DNA of 64,000 bases from Mobula hypostoma (taxonomy: Eukaryota): the NCBI RefSeq assembly GCF_963921235.1, contig NC_086097.1, forward strand, positions 219,544,001-219,608,000. The letters run 5' to 3'. The translations under genes and the position numbers were made by a program. Numbering within the stretch: position 1 is the first letter of the stretch; each line of letters opens with the position of its first letter. Below the pieces are notes generated by a model that worked only from the letters and a program-made list of their open reading frames with translations, did not search any database and was not told the origin of the DNA. Below, piece by piece: positions 1 to 11,769 of this stretch.

Positions 1-878
1 GTAGAGCAGGCAAGGAGTGATTGTGAGAGGGACAGAGAGAGAAAAGAGAGGGGAAAAAAGGGAAAAAATAGTAAACAAATAAATAAATAACAGATGGGGT
101 AAGAAGAGGAGGGGGACATTAACAGAAGTTAGAGAAATCAATGTTTATGCCATCAGGTCGGAGGCTGCTCAGATGGAATACAAGGTGTATAATATAAGGT
201 GTATCTCATACTGCGTCCGGTGCTCCTGGTGCGGCCTTCTGTATACTTGTGAGACCCGACACAGACTGGGAGACCGTTTTGCTGAACACCTACACGCTGT
301 CCGCCAGAGAAAGCAGGATCTCCCAGTGTCCACACATTTTAATTCCACATCCCATTCCCATTCTGACATGTCTATCCACGGCCTCCTCTACTGTAAAGAT
401 GAAGCCACACTCAGGTTGGAGGAACAACACCTTATATTCCATTTGGGTAGCCTCCAACCTGATGGCATGAACATTGATTTCTCTAACTTCTGTTAATGCC
501 CCTCCTCCCCTTCTTACCCCATCCCTTATTTATTTATTATTTTTTCCTTTTTCTCTCTCTCTCTCTTTCTCTCTCTGCCCCTCTCACAATAATTCCTTGC
601 CTGCTCTCCATCTTCCTCTGGTGTGCCCCTCCCCCTTTCTTCCTCCCCAGGCCTCCCGTCCCATGATCCTCTCCCTTCTCTAGCTCTGTATCCCTTCCTC
701 TCCCTCCCACTTGCAAATCTCTTACTATCTCTTCTTTCATTTAGTCCTGACGAAGGGTCTCGGCCCGAAACGCTGACTGTACCTCTTCCTAGAGATGCTG
801 CCTGGCCTGCTGCATTCACCAGCATTTTGTGTGTGTGTTGCTTGAATTTCCAGCATCTGCAGATTTCCTCGTGTTTGC
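1..878 (+). mobile_element. Penelope-like element (PLE) 3' part: GIY-YIG coding end, 3' UTR and pseudo-LTR, preceded by an inverted copy of its own 3' region
   Basis: ORF 173..496 (CVRCSWCGLLYTCETRHRLGDRFAEH...LRLEEQHLIFHLGSLQPDGMN) is a PLE GIY-YIG C-terminus. Bases 1-188 are the reverse complement of about 427-610. A pLTR with a hammerhead motif lies at about 700-878. Confidence 0.9.
743..778 (+). ncRNA. Minimal type I hammerhead ribozyme motif with mutated cleavage triplet
   Basis: agtc-CTGACGA-A-GGGTCTCGGCCC-GAAA-c-gct-gact. Stem I is agtc/gact and stem II is GGGT/GCCC. GCT replaces the GTC triplet seen in other copies. Confidence 0.75.
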
Positions 879-1059
879 AGTCCATCCCAGCTGGTTTGAA
901 AGTCAGTGTTTAGCAGCATGTTTTCACAGATGCTCTGCTGTGCTGAGGTGAGAGCAATGGTCTTTCTGATACATACGTCTGCCAAGATTGATCTGCCAGC
1001 TCATCACACAGCAAGATTGGACTTAGAGACACAGAACTTTCAAAAGTGTCCATAGTAAG

Positions 1060-1288
1060 TGAAACGCACCTTCAATCGCTCCAAAAGACTGAAGTTGGGT
1101 AAAGTACTGAAAGGCTTTTATTCGCTGTACAATACGACCTCCATGGTGAGTGTCTGCCCCTGGACTGAGGGGGAGGGGCAAGGTGAAACAGCTTTATACA
1201 GGAACTGTGGGAGGAGCCACAGGGGCAGTCAGCAGAGGGGAGTGTCCAGGCAGTTAACCCAGTTACAACATAAATATGGTTTACCACA
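1060..1288 (-). mobile_element. Solo LTR
   Basis: The minus strand starts TGTGGTAAAC and ends TTTCA, with TATAAA followed by AATAAA. Flanks gtaag (1055-1059) and ataag (1289-1293) form a 5-bp TSD with one mismatch. Confidence 0.75.
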
Positions 1289-1974
1289 ATAAGACAATTC
1301 TGTTGAATAATATGCAGATGTGGTTTTCCAGTGAGCAGAATCTGCTCTGTTACAGTTAAAGTATATTTCTGCAGAAACTGTAAGCAGGTTCACTAAAGCT
1401 CCAGCTGGCTTTCTCCAAATAAGTAATCATCCCTGCTGCCGCATTTTCCTCTGATGCCATCCTTCCTGCTCAGTAGACTAAAGGGCCCTGACCCCCAACA
1501 TCCTCTTCTGCTCTGCCCAAGCACCTATGATCACTCCACAGGCTTAGCAATCCCTTCTGATTTGCTCTCTCAAATACTTGTTCACACACGCGAGAGGATC
1601 TTACCATCCCAAGTGATATTACTGTAGATGATCCTGGCTTTACCTCAGACTTTGAACCCTGCCTGTAACATTTTTGTCTCCTCCTGAAATCAATTCACTT
1701 TTCCAAGACCACTCCCACCATAATGGTTATGTTCAATGTGAGATGCTTACTGCCAAACCACACTTTGGTGTCTGTCCCTACACCTCTTGCACTTTCTTCT
1801 CCTTCGTTCAACGCCTCTTGTTCCTGCTCCCACATGTTCTTCAAGATCTTCTGCCATCCACCAAGAAAAGTCAAACTAGGATCCCGCTGTTGGGACTGAT
1901 TTACGCTGGGCTCATAAACTGGAATGTGAATCCATGCCAGAGGAAACGCAAGATTTGCTTGTGGTACTTAGAGA

Positions 1975-2700
1975 AAATCACAAGATCACAAGACAAAGGA
2001 GCAGAAGTAGGCCATTTGGCCCATCGAGTCTGCTCCGCCACTCCACCATGAGCTAAACCATTCTCCCAGCTAGCTCCAATTTCTGGCTTTTTCCCCCATA
2101 TCCCTTGATACCCTGACTAATTAGATACCTATCAATCTCCTCCTTAAACACCCTCAGTGATCGTGCCTCCACAGCTATATGTGACAACGAATTCCATAAA
2201 TCCATGACCCTCTGGCTAAAAAAACTTCTCCTCATCTCTGTTTTAAATGGGTACCCTTTAATTCTAAGACTGTGGCCTCTTGTCCTGGACTCACCCACCA
2301 AGGGAAACAGCCTTTCCACATCTACTCTGTCCAACCCTTACAACATTCGAAATATTTCTGAGATCCCCTCTCATTCTTCTATACTCCAATGAATACAGTC
2401 CAAGAGCTGACAAATGCTCCTCATATTTTAGCCCCTGCATTCCAGGAATCATCCTCGTAAATCTTCTCTGAACTCTCTCCAACATCAGAACATTCCTTCT
2501 AAGATAAGGGCCCAAAACTGCACACAGTATTCCAAATGAGGTCTCACCAGTGCCCCATAGAGCCTCATCAATACCTCCTTACTCTTACACACTATTCCTC
2601 TTGAAATGAATGCCAACATAGCATTCGCTTTCCTTACTGCCGATCCAACCTGGTGGTAGACCTTTAGAGTATCCTGCACGAGGACCCCCAAATCCCTTTG
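1975..2700 (-). mobile_element. CR1 LINE 3' fragment
   Basis: Frameshifted ORF pieces [26 protein letters not shown] and RTRGHSLRIKG; (TCTTGTGA)n tail. Confidence 0.9.
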
Positions 2701-2789
2701 GAAAAAAATTGGGAAAAATAATAATTAGAGCTATTTTACTAAGTTTTCACAAGTTTATCTATTTTGTCTGGCAAAATGGCGAATATATC

Positions 2790-3908
2790 CAGCAAGATGG
2801 TGGCACAACTAGTTGTGGCGGCTTCTACGGGGTCAGCCAAAGGTGCTACCATTCTGCTTAAATGTGTGTCTAATGATTGAATGATTGCTATACCTTGAGA
2901 ACTTAAAATACTGTGGGTCTACACCGTCAGTGAGTTGCTCTCTGGCAGAGGTAATGAAGGAGTTGTGCAACATGCTGGTGCCTGAGTCGATGGAGGCTCA
3001 CAGTCAAAAAAGCAAGTAGCCATCATGGTCGCTTTCCTTCTGATCACAAAACCCCTTTGGACATTGGCAATCTGGTATGCCGCAAGTTCAATTTGCTGAT
3101 TTATTGTATGCGAGCAGGGGTGGATGGAGGGGACCTGGTACTTGTCCATAGCAAGGACAAGGCCTGAAGCCACGATGTCACCTGTTTTCAGCCGCTCGGA
3201 GTGAGGGAACGAAACCGTTGTACTTCACCTGGGGCGGTGTCCGGAGCAGAGTCGGAGCTGCCTTTCCAGAGTTTTGCTCGGCAGAAGCTCCGTTGTGGCC
3301 GACTGCAGATTTTTTAGCGGCAATTAATGGATTTGGGCCACTTGCCTTTCAGCCACTGGAGGAGAGGTGTCTGAGCCATTAAACTCTACTTGGAGCGTTG
3401 TGGTGTAGTTGTGGCAACTGAAGATTTAAAATGGACCGAGGAATCTGAACTATATACATATATATTTGTCTGGTTGTATTTTTTTTACTAATCTATATGT
3501 GTTTGTATATTTGAGGACTGGGCCTCAAAGCTACGGATTCGCCTAGCGGGAGTCGAGCACTGGGGTGAAGACTGGGCCTGAAAGCCAGTGTTGCCTAGTG
3601 GGCGTTGGGGACCAGTCGACGGATGATAACGGTGGACTGGGGTTTCTGGACTACATATATATGCATATTCTGCGTTGATGTATTTTTTACTGATATTCTA
3701 TATGGGTTTGTTGTCTTGTAAACACCATATCATGGGGGGGAGGGGAGGTGGATGTTGGGACTCTTATTATGTGATTGTGATCTTGTGTGTGCTTTACTGT
3801 GTATGACTGTTGGTAAAGTGTCTTTGCACCTTGACCCTGTAGTAACTCTGTCTCGTTTGGCTGTACTCAGGAGTATTTATATATGGTTCAATGACAATTA
3901 AACTTGAA
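2790..3908 (+). mobile_element. Non-autonomous LINE-derived element with AAGATGG 5' end and Rex1-like 3' tail
   Basis: Starts caagatggtggc, has a GC-rich body with internal duplications (gactgggcct...gcctag twice), and ends atgacaattaaacttgaa, like the Rex1-type tail near 6700. Confidence 0.5.
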
Positions 3909-4736
3909 TTTAATTTAGGACTTCCTGCTTGGCTCTTAAAACCAGATAAATGTCCATGCATATGTATTGGAACCATGTCATCTGTTTCAACATTCTAGGA
4001 TAGTTCAAGTATTTCTAAATAACATATAAAGCAAATTCAGAAATTGTATTTCTCTCCAAAGGAGCACGTTTTGAGAACTACATCTTGCCTTGTGCACTTG
4101 TTACTATGGAAATAACTGAGTATTGTGATTAATATGTTTGTATCAAGTTCCTCTCTCTATTTTAATAGAAATGTCAATCCATTTAAAATAAATATGATAA
4201 AGGCAAAGGGAATGTATATGGCTCTTCTAAACATTTCCATGGCAACATCATCCATGGTAACTTCAAGGCTGTGATATCTCTAGACCAGGAACAAACCCAA
4301 TCAAATACTTTGAAAAGTATGGTTAATTATGAATATGATTAGGTTGTAAATGTGATTACTTTTTAAATAATGAATCTGTCATAACCATTTCCACTAAAAC
4401 TCTCATTCACATATTTTTTTGGCTATATGTACTTCATATACAGAACATGAGTATCTTATTCACAAAATACTCTGCAGAAGCTGGGGTCAAAGCAACACTC
4501 ACAACATGCTGGAGGAACTCAGCAGGTCGGGTAGCATCCGTGGAAATGATCAGTCAACGTTTCGGGCTGGAACCCTTCGTCCTGGCGAACTCTATCCCTG
4601 TTAAAACGATGGGAAGATGGGGTGAGCGCAGATGTCCGGGAAATGGAGAAAATGTGGATCAATGGAGGAAGGGAGACACCATTCTTTGAAAAGGTGGACA
4701 TCTGTGATGTTCTAGATGGGAAAGCCTCATCATGGG

Positions 4737-7676
4737 TTTCAGCCCGAAACATCGACTGTACTTTTTTCCATAGATGCTGTCTGTCCTGCCGAGTTCCTCC
4801 AGCATTTTGTGTGTGTAAGCCTTAAAAACTTAAAAAACTGAAGCAGCAAAAACCTGAACAATTCCTTGACTACTCGCAATTAATTAAAGAGAAAACAAAA
4901 ATTTACAATTGAAGTAAGGAATAGATTTCAAAGTCTAGAAATAGAATCTGTTGAAGATGACGGCAATCATGTAGAAATGAAGTTTAACTCTCTAAAGGAT
5001 GCCTTGGTAGAATCAGCAAAGTCAGTGATTCTTAAAAAAGAAAAAAGCACAAGGAATAAATGGATGACAGATGAAATCAAAAATCTATGGAGGAAAGGAG
5101 ACGGAAGAAAGCAAATCCTATAGAATATAAGTCCTTAGACAAAAAAGTGAAAAACTTATGTCAAAAAGCCTAAGAAGAATGATTAAACCAGGAATGTGAG
5201 CAAATAGAAAGAATCCCTTTTACTGATCCAAAAGGATTACATCAACAAATCAAGAATATCACTGGTAAAAAGCTCCTCTGTTCTTCAGGTGGATGCTTGA
5301 AAGCAAAGGACGGTACCATTATCATGGAAAAAGATGAGATTATGAACAGATGGACCGAGTATATTTAGAAATTGTTTGAAGACAATCGAGGTGAAAAACC
5401 AGAAATTAAGAAAAACATTGAAGGTCCAAGTATTTTAAAATCTGAAGTTCCTAATGCAATAAATAAGATGAAGAAAGGAAAGGCAGCAGGTCCTGATGAA
5501 TCAGTAACAGAACAAATTATCGCCCTTGAAGATTATGGAATTGAAAAACTTACTGATTTAATCAATGATATTTATGAGACTGGAATAATCCCAGAAGAGA
5601 TGAAAAAAGAAGTATTTATCACTCTTCCCAAGAAGCCTGGAGCAATAGAATGTGAATTACATAGGCCCATAAGTTTAATGAGTCATATCACCAAGATACT
5701 TCTAAGAATTTTGATGACAAGAGCCAAAAGTAAGATACAAGCTGAAACAGATAACAAACAATGTGGTTTTGTGAACAACAAAGGTACAAGAAATGCAATA
5801 TTGATGTTAAGGATACTATCGGAACGAGCTATTCAAGTGCAAAAAGATTTGTTTGTTTGTTTTATTGACTACACAAAAGCATTTGATAAAGTGAAGCACA
5901 ATAAGTTATTTGAAATATTACAGGAAACTCTAGATCTAGATTCGAAAGACTTCCGCCTAATCAGAAATCTGTACTGGGAACAAGCTGCCACTGCAAGAAT
6001 AGATCATTGTGGACTTCAGGCATGCTAGGAGCCTCACTCATGTCCCCACCTACATCAACAGAGCTGTAGTGGAGCGTGTATGAAGCTTCAAATTCCTTGG
6101 TGTCCACATTTCCGAGAATCTCACCTGGTCCCTGAATCAACCTGATCAAAGAGGCACAATAGCGCCTTTATTTCCTGTGGAGCATCAAGAAAGTTCACCC
6201 CGTCCCAGGATACTGACAAACTTTTACCGCATACTCAGCAACTGCATCTCAATGTGGTATGGCAATTGTCCCGTATCAGACCGCAAAGCACTCCAGTGTG
6301 TGGTGAAAACTGCCCAGTGGACTATCGGCACCCAATTGCCCACCATTGAGAACATCTACTATAAACGCTGCCCGGGCAGGGCTAAAAGCATTATCAGGGA
6401 TGCATCTCACCCTAACCATGGACTTCTTACTCTTCTCCCAACCAGTAGGCACTACAGGAGCCTCCGCTCCTGCACCAGCAGGCACAGGAAGAGCTTCTTC
6501 CCTGAGGCTGTGACCCTGTTGAACCTCACAACACAGCGCTAAGCAGTACTGCACCCATATTGTACTGTCTCAGTACTTTTATATTTGTGCGCTGTAGCAC
6601 TTAGTTTTTATTCACAATTATTTTGTAAATAACACTATCCTTTGTATTTCTGATCAGATGTTAACTGCATTTCATTGGCTTTGTATCTGTACTCGGTACA
6701 ATGACAATAAAGTTGAATCTAATCTAATCTAATAGATGGAGGAGTGAGTCGGTTTACGAAAATCAAGAGAGGCGTTAAACAAGGGTGTGTTTTCTCTCGA
6801 TTTATTTAATGTGTACAGTGAAACAATATTACAAAAAAATAAGAGACACCTTGGGAATCAAAGTTGGTGGTGAAAACATCAATAATTTCAGATATGCGGA
6901 TGACACTGTGTTAATTGCAAGTACAGAGGAAGAACTACAAAACTTAATTGATATAGTTGTTGAAGAAAGTGCAAAAATGGGTCTATCTATCAATTGCAAA
7001 AAGATACAATGTATGGTGATATCCAAAAAGAAGGAGAATCCTACCTGTAGGCTGAGAATAAACGGGGGGAAGACATAAACCAAGTACAGAATTTTTGCTA
7101 CTTAGGAAGTTGGGTGACATCAGATGGCAGGTGCAATATGGACATCAAAAGAAGAATAGGGATGGCAAAAGACACCTTTACGAGAATGAAGAGTATACTG
7201 ACCAATACTAAACTAGGCATGACAACCCGCCTCAGAGCACTGAAATGTTACATTTATCCAGTTATGTTATATGGCTCAGAATGTTGGACCATATCTAGTA
7301 ACATGAGGAAACGAATTGAAGCAGCAGAGATGTGGTTTTTGAGGAGGATGCAAAGAATATCATGGATGAAACAAATATCTAATGAGGATGGCATGAGCAG
7401 AGCAAGCACAAAAAGAGAAATAATGTACGAGATCATGAAAAGGCAACATAACTTCATTGGACATGTGATTAGGAAAGAGGAGTTAGAATGCATGGTAATT
7501 ATGGGGAAGACTGAAGGGAAGAAAGCAAGAGGAAGACAAAGACAAATGATGATGGAGACAGCAGCCAGAGAACTGGAAATGAATATCAATGAATTGATCC
7601 ACTTGACCCTAAACAGGAGTGTGTGGGCCATGGCAGTCAAAGCTCAAACTGGGCATGGCACCTGATGATGATGATG
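4737..7676 (+). mobile_element. 5'-truncated RTE-clade LINE with a Penelope pLTR fragment fused at its 5' end
   Basis: ORFs 5372..6028 (KAAGPD, RPISLMSH, FIDYTKAFDKV), 6785..7078 (FRYADDTVL) and 7114..7665 (MLYGSECW, RGRQR); (TGA)n tail; 15-bp TSD aagcctcatcatggg at 4722-4736 and 7677-7691. Confidence 0.9.
6005..6730 (+). mobile_element. Rex1/Babar-type LINE 3' fragment nested in the RTE
   Basis: IVDFR and FKFLGVHISENLTW peptides; ORF 6177..6542 (HPNHGLLTLLP, RHRKSFFPEAV); caataaa followed by an (AATCT)n tail; TSD aatagat at 5998-6004 and 6731-6737. The RTE frame ARID/GGVSRF resumes after it. Confidence 0.88.
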
Positions 7677-8280
7677 AAGCCTCATCATGGGAAAAGATGC
7701 AGTGGAGATGAAGGAACTGACGAAAGGGAATCGCACTTTTACGAGTGACAAGATGGCAAAGGGTATAGTGAAGATAGCTATGAGAGTCAATAGGTTTGTA
7801 AAAGATCTCAGTCAACAGTCTATCTCCAGAGGTGGAGACAGAGAGATTGAGAAAGTTGACAGAAGTGTCGGAAATGTACTGTGAATTTAAGGGCAGGGTG
7901 GAAGTTAAGGTAAAGTTGATGAAGCACTAATGCAGTCATCAATGTAGCGCAGAAAGATTTGAGGAGCATTTACAGTGAAGATTTGGAACATGGACTGTTC
8001 CACATAGCCTATGAAAGGACAGACATAGCTGGGGCACGTGGGTCCCCATGGCAACACCTTTGTTTGGAGAATGTTGGAGAAGCTGAAAGAGAAATTGTTG
8101 AATGTGAGGACCAAATGACAGAGGGTGGTTGTGCAGGGAACTGGTTAGGTTTGTTGTTGAGAAAGAAGTGAAGAATTTTAGGGCCTCCTTGATGACAGGT
8201 ACAAGTATATAGAGATGGTCATCAGTGGTGAAAATGAGACGATCAGGACCAGGGAATTGTAAGTTGATGAAGAAGTCAAG

Positions 8281-11200
8281 AATGTGTGAAGAGTTGCACG
8301 GCATTACACAAGAAACTGTCAAAACAAGAAACACATTTGCAACAAATGTGGTCACAAAGAAGGCTTTTGCTGTCTTCTAGGCCAATGAACCACAAGGACA
8401 AGAAATTGCAAAAGCCATCAAAATCTACAAGGAATTCAATGGTCACATTAAAAGTTGATCTTGCCCGCAGGAAAAGGTACGTCACTGTATTTATCAACAA
8501 TCAGTTGATCAAACTTCAAACCGATATGGCTTCAGATATCACCAAATGCAAGTGACAGGCACTTAGATTCTCTCCAGTCAAATTAACCCATCACTCCGGC
8601 TACAGTGCATCTGCACTGCATGGTGAAGCTGGGCTGTAACCAAGTCAATGGTATGTGTTACCTACAGACCAGCCAGATCCAAATGTCCTAGATGGAGAAA
8701 CTTGATCTCTGGAGCACCTCTCTGTCTGTCTGGCCATTTACATCATGTCGTTAGATGCCATACCACCATCAGTAGGTAAGATCATCCACTGAAATCTGCG
8801 ACAGTGCTCCAAAAAGGTTTAGGTTGCAGCACTAATCTACAAAAAGAACTCTATCTCCATCCAGATGCAAAGCCAGTCTTCTGTCCCAATAGGGCAGTAC
8901 CCATACACTGCCTTATTAATCATGGAGCAAGTGCTAGATCACCTGCAACAAAGTTGTCAACAACTGATGTTGGGGAGCTCCAGCCATCATTATCAAGATA
9001 GCCAATGGTACAGTGAGGTTGTGTGCAGACTTCTTAACTGGTCTCATTGTGGCTCTGTATTCATACCAGTACCCATCATCAGAACCGGTAGATCTCTTTG
9101 CAAAATTGAAATGTGATTAATACTTTGCAAAGTTGGACTTAGCTGAAGCGTACCTCTCTGTAGGAGCGGCGGAAAATTCACAGGAGTTTCACACCTTTAC
9201 AGCATACAAGATGTTGTTTTCCTTACTCCGACTGCCTTTCAAGGTAAAGGTGGGTCCTTCAATTTTCCAACAGCTTACGAACATCATGCTGAGTTGTACT
9301 GATGGTTTTGCCACTTACCTCAATCACATCGTTGTGATGGGCGTGAATCAGACAGAGCTCTGCCAACATCTGGACCACACTTTGAACAAACTATTAGACT
9401 TTGGATTGCAACTTCAGGCAGAAAAATGTAGCCTTCTGTTGTCTTCAATCAAATACCTGGGATTCACCATACATGAGCATGGTCATTGCCCAGATCCTGA
9501 AAACATCACTGTTATCTTAAAGACGGCTCTACCGTCAGATGTCAGCACTTCATGATCACTTTTGGGCATGATGTCATTATTTAGCATTTCTCCCAGAAAT
9601 ACACTGGCTGAGGGAGACACTCAATACCCTGCTCAACAAGGGTGTTTTGTGGGAATGGTCTAAACAATGCCAAAAGGCACTTAACCATTTCTTGACACAT
9701 TTCAACCCAGAGTTGGCAATCGTCAACATGACGGATGCTTCCAACTACAGAGTGGGAGTTGTCATAGCCAATATCTTACCCAATGGTTTTGAAAAAGCTG
9801 TCAAGTATGCAGCCAGATCACTAACTGTAGCAGAAAGGAACTATGGACAAATCAAGAGGGAAGTCTTCAGAATTATCCTTGCTGTGAAGAAATTCACAAG
9901 ATGCTTTATGGCAGATGCTTCACTCTCCTTACCAATCAAAAGCCATGTTGTCCATGTTTGGGGCTAAGAAAGGCACTGTGGATTACTAAACTAGCTGTCT
10001 ACAAAAGTGGGCAATGATATTATTAGCCTACAATTTTGAAATCAAGTGCACATCAACCCAGCAACTTGGTCAGGCAGATGCTCTCTCCAGACTTATGAAT
10101 CAGCAAGTTACTGAAAGCAAAGACACAGTCATTACTGCAATTTCAGTGGATTCTAAAGACCACTGGGTCATATGGGATGCTGCTGAAGGTCTTCCGGTTA
10201 TGGTTGACAAGATCAGAGCAGAAATGGCAGCAGATCCGCTTCAGTGCATCTTCAGATCCCTCTTTGATGGATAGTGAGTTAAGGTTGAGGAAGATTTTGT
10301 ACCTTTTTACTGGCATCATACATCGCCATCAACTGTGGACTCCTGCCTAATGAATGGAGAAGGAATAGTGATTCCACTAACACTTTGACTAAAAATACTG
10401 AAACAATTCCACCGTGGTCACCCAGGCATCAATCGAATGATAGTTCCACCAAGAAGCTTTAAGTTCTGGCCAGGCATAGACAAAGATATTACATCCGTAT
10501 ACAAAGAGTGTACTCAGGTCCCCATGACAGCAAAGAATCCAAGTATACAATAGCTGATCCACAACTATGGCCCCAGGCTAGCAGACCTTGGAGTCAACTA
10601 CTTATTGACTTTACTGGCCCAATCAACAGGCGTACCTTCCTGGTTGATACCTATTCCAAAGAGCCAGAAGTATTATCTATGAAGTCAACAACGATAGAGA
10701 CTACCATTCAACAACTGCTGCAGATCTTTCATCACTTTTAGATGCCAGGAACGCTTGTTTCTGACAATGGCACTCAATTCAGTTCACAGCACTCCCAGAA
10801 CAGTGGAATTATCCACATCCACTTACCCCCATATCATCCACAGTCCAATGGCCAAGCAGAGAGGCTGTGAATCCCTTCAAACGGTCACTTCAGAAATCAA
10901 GAGGGGAAGGACCATTGGCCAATGCTCTCAACACATTTCTGCTGACATCAAATTACACCGCATCCAAGCCTGGAGGGGAAGTCAGCAGCTGAAGCACTTT
11001 TGGGGAGAAAGCTGCACACAGTATTGGATCCAATGCTGCTACAGCATCCAACACCGGAGACAACAGGTGGCCAGTTGTGCAAAGGCAGCCTCACAGACCC
11101 TGGCTGACGGATGAAATCATTCTAGCTGCATTGTGGATCGGGCACGATGAAATTGGCAAGACCCCTGGGTACCAGGTCGGATTGGCAAATCAATAGGGGA

Positions 11201-11769
11201 ATGTGCACTACAAAGTTATATTGAATGGACATTGCTGTAATCAGCAGTTGCAATCATTTGTTCCTAAAGGCACAAGTTTGTTGGGTGGATAATCTTACAC
11301 AGAGCAGGATCTTCATCTCCTCCTGGAATAGTTCAATTTACCCCAGCTGAAACAGCCACCACAGCACAGCCACAAGCAACATAATGACAAAAACGTGACA
11401 GCTTGCAACCACTAATAAAGACTGATTGCCAACATAAGATAATTGTTTCAATCTAAATCAAACCTTGGCTCAAATCCTACAGTAATCATCTTCAAATGGG
11501 GGGTACTACAGTACTCTGTTTCAAATCAACTAATGCCTACTGGTCAGCTGACAACAAATCCTGGGCTGACTTTCACTAATTAATAGTTATAACAATCAAT
11601 GTCTTGAATGTTCTTTGGGTAGTCATGCTTTAGGATGTACATTTAAGTTTGGTGTTTAAGACTTTGTAGTTGTGTGGTTTTACTGAATAAAGGAGTATTT
11701 TGAGTAATGGCTTTGTCCAGTCTTCTGGCTTAGGGTCTCATCAGTAGTTATAGGTGAGCAAACACAACA
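8281..11769 (+). mobile_element. Decayed Gypsy/Ty3 LTR retrotransposon: gag end, PR-RT-RH-IN and 3' LTR, lacking the 5' end
   Basis: Knuckle-like CNKCGHKEGFC near 8338; protease-like LQTDMASDIT; RT pieces DLAEAYL, RLPF and IKYLGF; RNase H TDASNY and ERNYGQI; integrase IDFTGP. A purine tract at 11494-11503 precedes an LTR at about 11504-11769 with AATAAA (11686) that ends CAACA. Confidence 0.88.

Larger units (their letters stand above)
4461..8280 (-). mobile_element. Decayed Penelope-like element (pLTR 4461-4582; RT pieces about 4586-4736 and 7677-8280) interrupted by an RTE insertion
   Basis: Minus-strand peptides KGVAMGTH, FLRYIDDCI and TEIFYKPIDSHSYLHY are PLE RT motifs. Bases 4586-4736 are homologous to about 57233-57397. 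The pLTR matches the 56294-56381 subfamily. Confidence 0.85.

Noticed and set aside
1430..1870. Possible old retroelement fragment or exon (ORF 1674..2051)
   Set aside because: Pyrimidine-rich and degenerate, with no motif I can assign; the ORF end runs into a CR1 tail.
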